Source: an uncultured virus (IMG/VR IMGVR_UViG_3300005095_000031)
Taxonomy: Duplodnaviria > Heunggongvirae > Uroviricota > Caudoviricetes
Reading direction: 5' to 3' (one strand)
IMG/VR virus record: IMGVR_UViG_3300005095_000031
Length of the DNA stretch: 64,000 bases
The translations under genes and the position numbers were made by a program. This document shows positions 1 to 11,219 of the stretch, one piece after another. Below the pieces are notes generated by a model. That model was given only the letters and a program-made list of their open reading frames with translations, did no database searches and was not told the origin of the DNA. How positions within the stretch are numbered: the first letter of the stretch is position 1; the number at the start of each line of letters is the position of its first letter.

Positions 1-603
1 ATCATTAGTTATAATCTCTCTTATATTTGAATCAGAAAGCATAAAGATATTTTCTACAGAAAGCCTAGAATAATTATCTTCTGTCATGCTATACACGCAC
101 TCATCATAATCTTTATATATTTCAACTATATAATCAGGGGCATGTGCTGAATATATTGTAAATTCAAGATCTGTAAGTATTATGTTTCTATATATATTTC
201 CTCTAACAAGTCTATACCTATTTACATAATAGAAACCATAGTTTTCATATCCATAAAGTTTCAATATGCCATCATATATACTATCCCTTATAAGATATTC
301 AGGTTTGTATGTATCTATTGTTTGCGCACTTTTATCTACAAGGATATTGTATCCATATACACCAGGATATAATGTCTGCCTCAGACATGATTCATCTCCG
401 GAACAGTAGTCATATATGCTATAAAATTCCTGTTCATTGTTTGTCAGTTCAGAAAACTGCGACTTTATAGAATAATCTCTTCTGTCTGAAATCTTTACGG
501 TCTTAAAATCTGTCTCTATAAAAACGTATATGGAGTCAACAACATAGAACTGGTCATCTGATTCACTCAAGACAATCCTGAAATCATATATTGTCTGAGT
601 CAT
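1..603 (-). CDS. Hypothetical virion-module protein, partial (runs off left edge)
   Basis: ATG at 603 immediately after the stop of 605..2233; frame reads MTQTIYDFRIVLSESDDQFYVVDSIYVFIETDFK and was open over the part I translated. Confidence 0.7.
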   Translation of the reverse strand, partial: MTQTIYDFRIVLSESDDQFYVVDSIYVFIETDFKTVKISDRRDYSIKSQFSELTNNEQEFYSIYDYCSGDESCLRQTLYPGVYGYNILVDKSAQTIDTYKPEYLIRDSIYDGILKLYGYENYGFYYVNRYRLVRGNIYRNIILTDLEFTIYSAHAPDYIVEIYKDYDECVYSMTEDNYSRLSVENIFMLSDSNIREIITND

Positions 604-604
604 A

Positions 605-2233
605 TTATTCCAATTCTACAGATGGATTTCTTAGGATATTCATAAGATGAAGATCTTCTATTTGGTCTCTATTTAGCGATGGAACAAACAGTGCTATATC
701 TGTAAACCCACCATCAAAATAATACTCGTCATCAGCCATATCAAGCTCTGAATCCTGGCCAAAAACAAGTTTCTTAATTGTAGTCCTGTCGCTGTCTCCA
801 AAAATAAAATCAACAGGATCAGCTTTTGATGGCCTTGGCCTATTTAGATACAATTCATATACTGAATATAAGTTGTCAAGCGTAACAAATCCTGATTCGT
901 GTAATAGTTTTCTTGCACATGTGCTTTTTGCATCAAGACCTCCTGATACAGGATGTGGCGAAGGGAGGGTCATACATACTTCATTATATGTCCTATATGC
1001 CTCCATAGCTCTCCATATGTATATTTTCTCTGTTTTTGTATACATCCTTTCTTTCGGCCAAACTTGCTTCCCGTTTACATGGATAAATATTACGTATTCA
1101 TCCTTGTCATCTTCGTCATACTTTTGATTTTCAACAGTGACAGTGAAGATATTTTCCATATCTTTTTTGACTATATATCCAGTTTCTATCCATTCATCTG
1201 AATACTGACCATTATAGACAAGCATCCCGTTTGGTTTTACCCACAATGTTAAATGATGCGTCTGATATCCGCTATCAGTCAGCCCGTATCCAGCCTCAAA
1301 TAATACTGTTCCAGTACTTGCAAACTCTTTAATATATGCAATAAAATGAATACTAAAATCGCCAACCAGCATGTCAGCATATTGCGACATATCAATATAC
1401 CCGCTTTGTCCTACTTTCGCCATATTTGATATTCCAAAAATATTGCTCTCCGCTCCAATATCAACATTCGCCGGGATATATACGTCGTTCTTCTTCTCTT
1501 TTAATGAGTTTATTATTCCTGAATCGCTTCTCCCGTAATCGTCTCCACGCACATATGCAGACACAATATCATCAGACAGTTTGAATGCTCCTTCTACCTC
1601 CTCTTTCATCTCCCTCATTGTAGGAGAGAATATGTTAAGAGAATATCTTCTATGCATATATTCATTATATCTTGTATACATAGCTATTTTAAGTATCTTT
1701 AGCATATCATTTGATAATATTTTTCTTACTTTTGGTATCTGCTTATACCCCTTGAATCCTATCATCTCCTCTGTTACTTTTATTCTACCATTCCCGTAAA
1801 TATGCAAAATCTCACCATTTATCATTTCAATCTTATTCACTCCAAATGGCGAATATGCAATTTCAAGATACCCACCTCCCTTTGGTATAGGATTGTTTTC
1901 GTGATAGTTTGCAAACATGTCCATTTGACTAAGCTGCGGATAGTATTCCATTGTTTCAAAATCTGTCTCATATACATCGGCAACGTGAATTGTTTTTATT
2001 GATCTATAGTCTATATTCCCATAATCATTAACAACAGAAAGAAAAAAAGTATCATCACACTCTACATATTTCTGGTACTTTTTCCCATCCTCTTCTTCTA
2101 TCTCTATATTTGCAAGATAAAGCATATTGAAGTCTGATCTAAAAGTGTGCTCAGGCAGTGCATTTACTACAAACGCCTCCAGCCTTCTGGTTAATTCAAA
2201 ATCAAGATATGCATTAAGTTTTATATTTTCCAA
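605..2233 (-). CDS. Virion/tail-associated protein with LamG (ConA-like) domain
   Basis: 542 aa; FSIHF...LTLWV...IFIHVNGKQV...FDGGFTDIALFVPSLNRDQIEDLH resembles LamG_3 termini. Confidence 0.65.
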   Translation of the reverse strand: MENIKLNAYLDFELTRRLEAFVVNALPEHTFRSDFNMLYLANIEIEEEDGKKYQKYVECDDTFFLSVVNDYGNIDYRSIKTIHVADVYETDFETMEYYPQLSQMDMFANYHENNPIPKGGGYLEIAYSPFGVNKIEMINGEILHIYGNGRIKVTEEMIGFKGYKQIPKVRKILSNDMLKILKIAMYTRYNEYMHRRYSLNIFSPTMREMKEEVEGAFKLSDDIVSAYVRGDDYGRSDSGIINSLKEKKNDVYIPANVDIGAESNIFGISNMAKVGQSGYIDMSQYADMLVGDFSIHFIAYIKEFASTGTVLFEAGYGLTDSGYQTHHLTLWVKPNGMLVYNGQYSDEWIETGYIVKKDMENIFTVTVENQKYDEDDKDEYVIFIHVNGKQVWPKERMYTKTEKIYIWRAMEAYRTYNEVCMTLPSPHPVSGGLDAKSTCARKLLHESGFVTLDNLYSVYELYLNRPRPSKADPVDFIFGDSDRTTIKKLVFGQDSELDMADDEYYFDGGFTDIALFVPSLNRDQIEDLHLMNILRNPSVELE

Positions 2234-2243
2234 GTTTTATGCC

Positions 2244-3587
2244 TTAGTCTTGTGTTGTATATGGAATATATAGCGACATACTTCTAACGCCTTTTGTGGT
2301 CCCGCCAAGTTCATCTATTGATACCCCTGTCATCTGGTATCTTGCGATAATATCACTTTCGTCATTTACCATATAGTTCATAACTATTCCATTGCCGCAT
2401 AAGATATAACGCATTTTAACACAATCCAATCCTGACCCGCACTCACCGCATGATGCGATAGCCTTCTTCTCTTCGTCGTAGCATACCCTGATGTCAACAT
2501 CATCAGTTTTGTTATTATCTATTATTGCTGAAAATGTATGATTATCATCTCCACCCAAAATAACTATTTTTGAAAAACCTGAATATCTATAAAATACACC
2601 AGGTGGAGAGTATATTCTTTTATAGGAACTTTCAGAATACAGATCATAGTTAGGAACAAGAAACATATACCCTTCATATATATTGTCTGTCCCTGTGCAA
2701 GTTATACCATATATTGATTCTTCATCATAGTTTTCCCACACATCTGTTCTTTTGATAACTTTTATATTGCTTTCTGACATTCCAATAAGAAATATTGAAT
2801 TTTCAGTTTCAGCAGATATGATATCAACAACTTCCGAAAAAGATATCTGGCCGTCAGTCAAACTATTAAGATCAGATGACACAACTGAAAACAGTTCTTT
2901 CCTTGACCCTTCCTGATCTGATACAGCATCAGAAAGTTGCCTAACATCACTAAAACCATGAGCCTCATTGTATTCCTCATAGCTAGCCATCATATCTCCA
3001 GATGACGTGCCTTCTGTCACTCCATCTATATCTGATTTTTTTGTACCATCTTCATTGAAAGCATCTAAATAATTCTGTTTTGTCCTGTCTCCTATGGAAG
3101 AAAACTCTATAAGTGTCCTTGTTGATACAGCAAGTCCCCTAGTATTTACAGTTTTTGACGCAAAAAAAGTCCCACCATTGTACCTTGCACATGCTGCAAC
3201 ATATACCAAATCAAAATCAAGCTGAAGAGCGCAAAGAATAGTTGTCTCAGTCACTTCATCCTCATCATCAATGCTTATATTAAAAAAGTCTTCTATAGTT
3301 GAATCTACTATTGAAAACAAACTACCATTTATTATTATCCCGATACCTATAGATTCGTCAGTTGCGTAAAACGTGAAACCTGCACAATATTTCATATTCC
3401 CAAATGAAAGACTTTCTGAAGACCTGGCTGTTGCCACATGATCTACTGGAACAAACCCTGGATTGTTATCTATGAAAATAGCAGGAGGCTCAAGTTTTGG
3501 AAACTTCCACACTATCTTATTCGTATCATGCATAGAGTTGCATGGACACATTGGATTTGATAGCGACCCATCGGAACTAAACGACAT
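2244..3587 (-). CDS. Hypothetical structural protein
   Basis: 447-aa acidic ORF overlapping its upstream neighbour in the structural operon. Confidence 0.65.
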   Translation of the reverse strand: MSFSSDGSLSNPMCPCNSMHDTNKIVWKFPKLEPPAIFIDNNPGFVPVDHVATARSSESLSFGNMKYCAGFTFYATDESIGIGIIINGSLFSIVDSTIEDFFNISIDDEDEVTETTILCALQLDFDLVYVAACARYNGGTFFASKTVNTRGLAVSTRTLIEFSSIGDRTKQNYLDAFNEDGTKKSDIDGVTEGTSSGDMMASYEEYNEAHGFSDVRQLSDAVSDQEGSRKELFSVVSSDLNSLTDGQISFSEVVDIISAETENSIFLIGMSESNIKVIKRTDVWENYDEESIYGITCTGTDNIYEGYMFLVPNYDLYSESSYKRIYSPPGVFYRYSGFSKIVILGGDDNHTFSAIIDNNKTDDVDIRVCYDEEKKAIASCGECGSGLDCVKMRYILCGNGIVMNYMVNDESDIIARYQMTGVSIDELGGTTKGVRSMSLYIPYTTQD

Positions 3588-5880
3588 AATCGAAGTACCT
3601 CTCAGTCATATATGTATAGTCGCTTGTTGATACTCTCAACTTTAGAAACTCATCATTTTCAAACGAGCTTTTAAATTGAATACCAAGACTTATTCTCATA
3701 AAGTCAGATACTATTGTCTTTAACGCCCCACGTGTATATATTTCTGCAATATATTCATCTTTATCTAGCGCAAGATCCAGATCATTTCCATATATATAGT
3801 GTATCCTGCTTCCAGTTATCTCAAGGCTTCCATATTCATTTGCCTCAGCCTTATTTATAATTATTTTTATATAATGCTCCTCATCGACTTCACCATTGTT
3901 TTTTATCTTGTTCATTCTTGGCACCATAGGTATGTACACCCTTATTCCATCAAACGGGCACCTGTGATATATATCATAGAATTCGCAAAAATCTACAGGT
4001 CTTATTGTGCCATCTTCTATTAATGAGTTTTGTATACCAGCAGAAAATTTATCTATGAACTCGCTATATATGAACATGAAGTCGTCTATTGACCAACCTT
4101 GCTCTTCAAGAAAATCTGAAAACCTCATTCCATATCTATATTCATTACCAACTCCTCCATTGTATACCTTCCTGTCAAGAATTTTCCCACCAGAATTTAA
4201 AAGCGCATAAAATGCGTCATCTCCACTGACAGAAACATTTACAATATTTTCCAAGTTAGTAGATTCACTATCATATCCAGCCTGAGATACACAGGACATC
4301 AGCTCTCCAAACCCACTATCTTTTATTGCAACAAAACTATTTAATGGAAGCTCGCCTTCTTCTTCTATGTATGCTTCAGGAAGATCCCATAAATCACCTT
4401 CTGGCTCAGATGTTATTCCACCATATGCATATCTTAAGCAATTACCATCATCATCATACTGACAGCAGTATGGTGGCCCAAGCAAGTCTATAAGTACTGG
4501 CTCCCATTCAGCGAGATGAGCATATGTGTCTGTTTTTGCAAGCTCCGTAAAGTACCTTACTGTTTTCTCGTCTGCATCAAAATTGTACTTATCATACGAA
4601 GAATTCTTTCCCCAATAAAATTGAAAATCTGAAATCCTTGTTTTGCTACCTCCACCAGTCCCTGACCATGTAAACTTGTAATATTTATAACTGTTCCGAT
4701 TGTCTATATCAGCATAAGAATAAGTACCGTCACTTTTTACAAAATCGCCCCAATATATCCATATTTGTGTCCAGTCTTCAAGATTATTGCTTGCATATAG
4801 CTTTAGGTATTTCGGCCTGTCTGATGATGAATACTCATGAACACCCACTCTTATCCTAAACCTATTTATGCACACGTCATTTGGAAAGCCTATTGAGAAT
4901 TCACCTGATGACGAATCACATACGAACTCATTAATTCCTGGAGATTGCGATTGCGCACCGTCAAACATTGCATACCAAGTATAATCATACGCAGAAGACG
5001 ATGATGACCTATGCCAACTCCAGTCGTCGTTCGAGTATAGCTTTCTAACAATTCCGATATTGCCGCTAACACCTCCTCCACCATACCACCTTGTTAATAC
5101 ACTATATGTAAAAGTCCTCATCGCCTTTGATTCTATTGGGGTTATATCATACCCACCATAATTCCACCTAAAGTCAAGCATTTTTGTATCTTCTGGGTAT
5201 ATATTGTTCACAAAATTGTAAGACACATTTGCATAGCTGCCCTCTACACTCTTATTGAACCCGTCTTTTAAATATTTATGCAATTTCACAGAATACACAT
5301 CTGTTCTAGCCCATAACTGACTCCATATACTTGGCAATCCGTTATCTTCTGTATCTTTTTTGAAAAAGTCCTCAAGGAATGTGTATGGCTTGTATGCCGA
5401 AAATCCATATAGTGGTTCAAATAATATTTCAGCAGTAGGAGATTCGCAATCTACTTCAGTTATCCCATCTCTATCAACACACGTTTTGTATGCATACATA
5501 TCTGACTCTATGCCTAGGCTTATCAGTTCAAGAACTCTAAAGAATTCCATATTCATGCAGTTGAGCAAGACTGTTCTTGTGAAAGCGTACCTATCAAATT
5601 CAACATCAATATCTATACTATCTATAGAAGAATACGATCTTGTTGCAACTCCATTGTCATCATTTACTGAGTCTATCAAGAATGCCCTGAACTCCTCCCT
5701 TAGTGTAAAAATCTTCCCTGTTCTATTGAAAAAATCTGCACTATGCCTTATTGATAAAAAAAGATCTAACTTTCCAGACGATTCTATATTCACAAAAGAA
5801 TCTTGCTTCAATTCTATCTTGTTGTTTCTATCTAAATAAAAAAGAAGCCCCCTCTCATTTAAATACCCAGTTGTTGTCAT
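3577..5880 (-). CDS. Virion protein with discoidin/F5-8 type C-like domain
   Basis: 767 aa; AMFDG...RPKYLKLYASNNLEDWTQI...YKYYKFTW...RISDFQFY matches the discoidin-like pattern of phage tail proteins. Confidence 0.65.
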   Translation of the reverse strand: MTTTGYLNERGLLFYLDRNNKIELKQDSFVNIESSGKLDLFLSIRHSADFFNRTGKIFTLREEFRAFLIDSVNDDNGVATRSYSSIDSIDIDVEFDRYAFTRTVLLNCMNMEFFRVLELISLGIESDMYAYKTCVDRDGITEVDCESPTAEILFEPLYGFSAYKPYTFLEDFFKKDTEDNGLPSIWSQLWARTDVYSVKLHKYLKDGFNKSVEGSYANVSYNFVNNIYPEDTKMLDFRWNYGGYDITPIESKAMRTFTYSVLTRWYGGGGVSGNIGIVRKLYSNDDWSWHRSSSSSAYDYTWYAMFDGAQSQSPGINEFVCDSSSGEFSIGFPNDVCINRFRIRVGVHEYSSSDRPKYLKLYASNNLEDWTQIWIYWGDFVKSDGTYSYADIDNRNSYKYYKFTWSGTGGGSKTRISDFQFYWGKNSSYDKYNFDADEKTVRYFTELAKTDTYAHLAEWEPVLIDLLGPPYCCQYDDDGNCLRYAYGGITSEPEGDLWDLPEAYIEEEGELPLNSFVAIKDSGFGELMSCVSQAGYDSESTNLENIVNVSVSGDDAFYALLNSGGKILDRKVYNGGVGNEYRYGMRFSDFLEEQGWSIDDFMFIYSEFIDKFSAGIQNSLIEDGTIRPVDFCEFYDIYHRCPFDGIRVYIPMVPRMNKIKNNGEVDEEHYIKIIINKAEANEYGSLEITGSRIHYIYGNDLDLALDKDEYIAEIYTRGALKTIVSDFMRISLGIQFKSSFENDEFLKLRVSTSDYTYMTERYFDYVV

Positions 5881-7622
5881 CGCCTAACTCTGAAAATTTC
5901 TGTCTCATAATATTGATATGATACATTGTCACAATAATTGTCATAAATAGTAAAAGTATTTTCTCCTCTATAGTCTCTATAAAGTCTTACTGAATTGAAA
6001 TTTTCATCAAAAATCATACTAACATATCCATAATATGGATACATAACTTTTGATTTAATATATCCTCCATCAGTGCATTTTGTATAATGCATATCATCAT
6101 AATACGGAACATAGCTTTTTATATATTGCATCCTGTTGTCTTCAGCAATATATTCTGCTTCATTATCCATCCTTGTTTTTTCTACTGATATTTTCACTGA
6201 AGGCAAAGTAAATATCATTGGAAATACACTAATGCCAGATGAAATACTATCTGAAATCTTTATATCTATCCGTACCATACCGCTAGGAACAAGCGCCTGT
6301 GTCCATAATGCGTTCCCTTTTGAATATGCATAATTATTGTAGCTACCTACTTCATAATCAATTGAAACGCTATTTACGTTATTGGTATTTAAATTTAATA
6401 TAGACCCTGTTACCCCTTGTGAGTATTTCAACCCATACATAAAATCGTTATCGCTTACTATATCTATCCCATCAAATCTAGTCTGAACTCCAAGCTGAAT
6501 TGCTGGGTGCTCCTTGGATTTATCAATAAACATTGGAACAATATTTTTTGATCCATGATCTAGAACAATTTCAAAATTATCCATCAAAGACTCATCATAC
6601 ATCATATATTCAGGATATGTTCCAGCATTGCAATAGTTGCAATGATACGCATAATATGTCTCAAACGTATAAAATGTATCAACTTCTATCGATTCAAACG
6701 CATCATGATTTAACTGAAGCCTATAGACTCCACCAATGTCAATATTAGGGTAATGAGTCTCTACTAAAATTCCATCAATATAGAATTTTGCGACTCCATC
6801 CTCATATAAAAAGGTAAAATCATACCAGTGATGTATTTTTGTATCTGTTGCCTGAATGCTTATTCTCTCAATATTACCAATAAATGGGAATAGTTCTATT
6901 TCATATGATAAATTCGCTGCATCAAACCTTATGCCTCCTATTTCTTCTGCGCTAAATAGCACAAAATCCTTCATTTCCTCAATATAATATCTGAAATTCA
7001 AAGTAAAATTTGATTTGAATTTAGTAGAACTTACAAGAATCCTATCTCCGAGTCTATCAAGTATTGTTGAGTTTTCAGTCTTTCCTGAACCTATATCCAA
7101 AACTCTATTTTTTATTGACGAAACTTCATCATCAAAACTGTTTACAACCATATTTGATTCATCAAAATCAAAATGCAAAAATAATCCATCCTCTTTTGCT
7201 TCATCTACAGACGAATACATATAGCTTTCATCATCACCGATCATTCTTGGAGTATTAGTGCTATAGTTTAGAATTTCTGCATCATCAAGCCCTCTCTCCC
7301 ACATACTAAAAGATTCAACTTTTCCAATAAGAGTATCGTTTACGGAATCGTCTGTTCCAAATAAAAATATATTATTGTATACATCATTTTTTTCGTAGAA
7401 TCCAAAGAAGAAGAAAGGGAATTCCTTTGATGCAATAATGGTATTTCCATAAAACTCACCATCTTCCTCCTGTCTTGGCGGGCATCTATAATAGAGAGAA
7501 AATTCTTCTCCTGGAGTAAGATTTAATACCTCATCCTTCTGAAGCGGATATTTCCCTTGTACATCATAATAGAAGCCCCACCCAAGAGACTCAAATGACA
7601 TCAATTTTTTATTGGCAGACAT
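5877..7622 (-). CDS. Virion protein with LamG-like domain
   Basis: 581 aa; GKVESFSMWERGLDDAEI, LHFDFDE, WYDFTFLYEDGVAKFYIDGILV. Confidence 0.65.
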   Translation of the reverse strand: MSANKKLMSFESLGWGFYYDVQGKYPLQKDEVLNLTPGEEFSLYYRCPPRQEEDGEFYGNTIIASKEFPFFFFGFYEKNDVYNNIFLFGTDDSVNDTLIGKVESFSMWERGLDDAEILNYSTNTPRMIGDDESYMYSSVDEAKEDGLFLHFDFDESNMVVNSFDDEVSSIKNRVLDIGSGKTENSTILDRLGDRILVSSTKFKSNFTLNFRYYIEEMKDFVLFSAEEIGGIRFDAANLSYEIELFPFIGNIERISIQATDTKIHHWYDFTFLYEDGVAKFYIDGILVETHYPNIDIGGVYRLQLNHDAFESIEVDTFYTFETYYAYHCNYCNAGTYPEYMMYDESLMDNFEIVLDHGSKNIVPMFIDKSKEHPAIQLGVQTRFDGIDIVSDNDFMYGLKYSQGVTGSILNLNTNNVNSVSIDYEVGSYNNYAYSKGNALWTQALVPSGMVRIDIKISDSISSGISVFPMIFTLPSVKISVEKTRMDNEAEYIAEDNRMQYIKSYVPYYDDMHYTKCTDGGYIKSKVMYPYYGYVSMIFDENFNSVRLYRDYRGENTFTIYDNYCDNVSYQYYETEIFRVRR

Positions 7623-7640
7623 TACTCTCTCCGAAATTTT

Positions 7641-8318
7641 TTATGTTAATTTTGTTTCAGTGATTTGCGCAATTGTATCAGACATTGTAAAAAGATTTAT
7701 TCCTCTTTGATCATCAGTAAAATCGTATGCCAAGTCAAATGTAATTATAATTTTTATTGCGTTTTCTCTACCAGAAGACAATGACTTTAAGAACTGATCT
7801 GTACCAACAACAGAACATATATATTCATTCTGATTCAGGACAACGCTTGTTGTATTGTAGGCTGATACAGTTCTGTCAGCGCCATCGACTTTCTTGATCT
7901 GATACTGAGCATTTTCATCATAGCATAGCACTGCCGCAGTACGAACAAGAGTCCCGTCATTTGTCATTGCATGATCTGGGTCATAATAATCTGAAATTTT
8001 TTCAGGATCTGTAATGCAATTCTGGTCATAACTACCAAACTCTCCTGTTCTCTCCCACTCAATATTTATTACTCCGTCCCACTTCCTGGCACCATACTTA
8101 TCTACAGGTTCAATGAATAAAATAGGAGGTCCGCTTACAAACTCTATCTTTTTTCTAACCCTGTCACCATCCTTAAGATAATCTCTCATTCCCATATACA
8201 TCACAACCTGTCCAGTTGTAGGGTCTACTCTAACTGAGTTGTCAGGGGTTATTTCATAGTGCAAATCCGGATCATGGTAAAATCTGATTCCTTCTTCGTA
8301 CAAACTTACTGTAGTCAT
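7641..8318 (-). CDS. Structural protein of the FxxDPDL / SGxxNA paralog family
   Basis: GIRFYHDPDLHYEI at N-terminus, LSSGRENAIKIIITF near C-terminus. Confidence 0.65.
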   Translation of the reverse strand: MTTVSLYEEGIRFYHDPDLHYEITPDNSVRVDPTTGQVVMYMGMRDYLKDGDRVRKKIEFVSGPPILFIEPVDKYGARKWDGVINIEWERTGEFGSYDQNCITDPEKISDYYDPDHAMTNDGTLVRTAAVLCYDENAQYQIKKVDGADRTVSAYNTTSVVLNQNEYICSVVGTDQFLKSLSSGRENAIKIIITFDLAYDFTDDQRGINLFTMSDTIAQITETKLT

Positions 8319-8322
8319 ACAC

Positions 8323-8523
8323 TTATCCTTTTAAAAGTTTTTCTTTTTTATCTAAAAACATGTCTATAACCTTTGCATGCCTCTTTGCCGATTCCATATC
8401 TCCACGCTTTTCTGCATCTATCATCTTGATCTTTGCTTTATTTGCACCATTTTTATATCTCAGTAGTAGCTCATGGGGCTTAGGAAGCCTCCTTGACATT
8501 CTCTCAATATCTCCAAGTGTCAT
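8323..8523 (-). CDS. Small basic hypothetical protein
   Basis: 66 aa, fills the gap between co-directional genes. Confidence 0.55.
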   Translation of the reverse strand: MTLGDIERMSRRLPKPHELLLRYKNGANKAKIKMIDAEKRGDMESAKRHAKVIDMFLDKKEKLLKG

Positions 8524-8527
8524 GATA

Positions 8528-9370
8528 TTACAGCTCTATCTTTTCTACGAGTACATTTTTGAGCCCAAAGACCTTCAGCATAAAGTTAAAGTCCTGATTG
8601 GCACCTGTGTATCCGTCAGGGATTCTGAATGTAATATCCATTCTTACGGCATTAGGAACTCCAGACTGTAGTGTTCTCATCCTCGGAATGATGTCGTTTG
8701 CCATAACGTCATCTGTTTCATCATCAGGATATGTATAGGCCCAGAAATCTTTCACATACCAGCTGTCTGTAGGAAGTTCGTCACCGTGATCGAAAGTTGT
8801 AAACCTATCCGGATGTGAGACACCTGATCCGTATCTCATTTCTCGTGTCATAATAATTTCATTATCTGGATCATTGGGATCTCTTTTGGCTAGCCTAAAG
8901 CCTCCAGCCTCAACATTTGATGATGTTGACCACCCGTACTTAAACTCACCAATATTGAAATTACAATATAGAATATTATTATCAGAGTCAGTAACTACAT
9001 TGTCCGAGTCAGAGTTATAATAGAAATTTGCAATTGGGTTGTTTGGATACAGCTCAATCACATTGTCTTCATCAGGTGATGTTACTGACACATCGGACAC
9101 AAACTCTACTGCTTGCTCCTCTACTGTGCCGCCCTCTCCATCATCAACAAGCCTAACAAGCGTCCATAGAAATGTATCATTTTCACCAAGTGTAATTTTT
9201 GTTCTTGTGAACTTTTTTGTTGCAGGGTCGTATTCGTCCCATGCGCCGAAATAAACAGTTACAGACTGCTCCTGCTGAGAAATGCTGTTCAAGGCTATCT
9301 TTAAGTCGCCAGCAACAAGTTCATAGTTAAGATCAGGATCTTTGAAAAGCTTAAATCCTAAAGATGTCAT
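8528..9370 (-). CDS. Structural protein of the FxxDPDL / SGxxNA paralog family
   Basis: LGFKLFKDPDLNYEL, VYFG, LQSGVPNAVRMDITF; AAGGGA RBS upstream. Confidence 0.7.
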   Translation of the reverse strand: MTSLGFKLFKDPDLNYELVAGDLKIALNSISQQEQSVTVYFGAWDEYDPATKKFTRTKITLGENDTFLWTLVRLVDDGEGGTVEEQAVEFVSDVSVTSPDEDNVIELYPNNPIANFYYNSDSDNVVTDSDNNILYCNFNIGEFKYGWSTSSNVEAGGFRLAKRDPNDPDNEIIMTREMRYGSGVSHPDRFTTFDHGDELPTDSWYVKDFWAYTYPDDETDDVMANDIIPRMRTLQSGVPNAVRMDITFRIPDGYTGANQDFNFMLKVFGLKNVLVEKIEL

Positions 9371-9405
9371 TTAAGTTCCCTTTAAAAAGTTTTAGCGTTA
9401 GATGA

Positions 9406-9414
9406 ATTATATCA
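9406..9414 (-). promoter_or_regulatory. Extended -10 promoter TGATATAAT
   Basis: Exact TGnTATAAT 36 nt upstream of the 9370 start. Confidence 0.55.
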
Positions 9415-11031
9415 CATTTGAGTGATTGTTTCTGTTTTTAATTTTTCATAACTATAACGCAACATCTTCCCAACTGGACGCAATACAAGCCGCATTATAT
9501 ATGTATTTTTCTTATCCCACCATTCTGGAATTTTAAACTTCATATATATTTTCAATGGTATATGTGTATCTGATGTGAATTTTGTAAGCGCAGGAATCCT
9601 TTCTCCTATCACAAAGTCAACACCATATTCTAAATTATTAGTTGTAACACCATCAACTTTGAAGCCGTCTTCTATATAAAAGCTCCTTTCGTCTTTAGCT
9701 ATCATCCCATTTTCTGTGCTTAATACTTCAACGTCATTATTCTCATTTACGACATATATATTCTGAATATCTCCACCAAAAAAATTAGAAATAAATATTC
9801 TTGTCGGCTTATTGTAAGTAAGATCATATGATAAAACAGCAGGAACATTATTGAAAACAGTCTCTTCTGCGCCACCCCTATCAATCAGCGGCATATCCTC
9901 AATCATATACATATCTATTTTTTCATCACTCATCTTTTCATAGAAAATTGCCAAATCTTCTATGTCTCCAGTTGATACATTTCTGTCAAGCATTGTGTCT
10001 CTTGATAAATACGGTACATCTTCTGGCATAAATAATATTCCAAGCATATTATCGTGCCTTTTTGACGATATAAATGTTCCATCAACACTCAGAGAGATAT
10101 CATCACCTTTTCTATCAATAAGAATCTTGTGAGGAAATGAAAAGTCAAACTCATATGGAAACTCTGATATTCTCAAGTTACCATCATTCGTATATACAAT
10201 AACGGACGACGGATTCACTTCTACCCTGAACCCACTATTTATTCCATCATAGTTATTTGTTGTTCCTATATCAATTACAACACCTGGCCTAAAATCTTTC
10301 ATTGTTGTAAAAAACAATTGAAAAGAAGTCTCCTCAAGAATATCCTTAACATACATTGGGAGAATGCAGTATGCATATCGTGTATACACAACTTGACCAT
10401 AAAGGCCTGGAGTCTGCTGTATTGCGCCTGGTGCAATTGTGTCGAATTCCACATCATGGATTCTGTCAATAAGTCTAGACTCACCGTCTTCTATTCCCAT
10501 AGTGCAATAAAAACCGCACCCATCTTCCTGCATTTCAGCATATGAGCTATATGCTGTTATGTCAAGTATTCCTTTTGAGACAGTATTAAAATCATCAGAA
10601 TTAAGCTTTCTTAGATCAGTTGACGCAGTCTGAAGACCGACATACCCATCAAAAGTTCCATACATGTTTTCAATTATTGATGTTATGTAGGTGTAAGCAT
10701 TCACCATTCCGACATGCTGATCAACGACATTTCTTCCAAGAAAATCATATTCCTCCGGGAAGGAAACAGAAAAACTTCCCTCTTCTACAAATTCAAACCC
10801 AGGCCTCTGAAGAAAATCAGGATAAACTACAAAACCTGATGGGCTCATTATCGCCTCATGAAGCAACTTGCCTTCTCCATATAGATATATTGGATTTGCG
10901 CCAAAATAACATGTTAATTCAGGCGGGTTTACAACATACCCATTTGGCCTCTGCTCTATTGTTATATCAATGTAGTCTGGTATTTTATCGATGAGCCACT
11001 CATCATAGTAGAAATCCCAATCCAGGGTCAT
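9412..11031 (-). CDS. Virion protein with LamG-like domain (same paralog family)
   Basis: 539 aa; WDFYYDEWL, CYFG, HKILIDRKGDDISLSVDG...GDIEDLAIFYEKMSDEKI. Confidence 0.65.
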   Translation of the reverse strand: MTLDWDFYYDEWLIDKIPDYIDITIEQRPNGYVVNPPELTCYFGANPIYLYGEGKLLHEAIMSPSGFVVYPDFLQRPGFEFVEEGSFSVSFPEEYDFLGRNVVDQHVGMVNAYTYITSIIENMYGTFDGYVGLQTASTDLRKLNSDDFNTVSKGILDITAYSSYAEMQEDGCGFYCTMGIEDGESRLIDRIHDVEFDTIAPGAIQQTPGLYGQVVYTRYAYCILPMYVKDILEETSFQLFFTTMKDFRPGVVIDIGTTNNYDGINSGFRVEVNPSSVIVYTNDGNLRISEFPYEFDFSFPHKILIDRKGDDISLSVDGTFISSKRHDNMLGILFMPEDVPYLSRDTMLDRNVSTGDIEDLAIFYEKMSDEKIDMYMIEDMPLIDRGGAEETVFNNVPAVLSYDLTYNKPTRIFISNFFGGDIQNIYVVNENNDVEVLSTENGMIAKDERSFYIEDGFKVDGVTTNNLEYGVDFVIGERIPALTKFTSDTHIPLKIYMKFKIPEWWDKKNTYIMRLVLRPVGKMLRYSYEKLKTETITQM

Positions 11032-11033
11032 GG

Positions 11034-11219
11034 CTATTTCTTATTTTTGCTTCGTGCAGCAGCTATTGCGTGCGCTCTCCTGAGAAGCTTTTGGAATTTT
11101 GCATATTCTTTTTCCGTCATAATATGCGATGACTGCTTGCCCATTTTTCTTTTTCTGTTTATGTAATAAAATACACCCTTGTGCTTATCGTTTGATTCTT
11201 TAAGCAACTTCAGAGACAT
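11034..11219 (-). CDS. Small highly basic protein
   Basis: 61 aa Lys/Arg-rich, overlaps upstream gene. Confidence 0.55.
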   Translation of the reverse strand: MSLKLLKESNDKHKGVFYYINRKRKMGKQSSHIMTEKEYAKFQKLLRRAHAIAAARSKNKK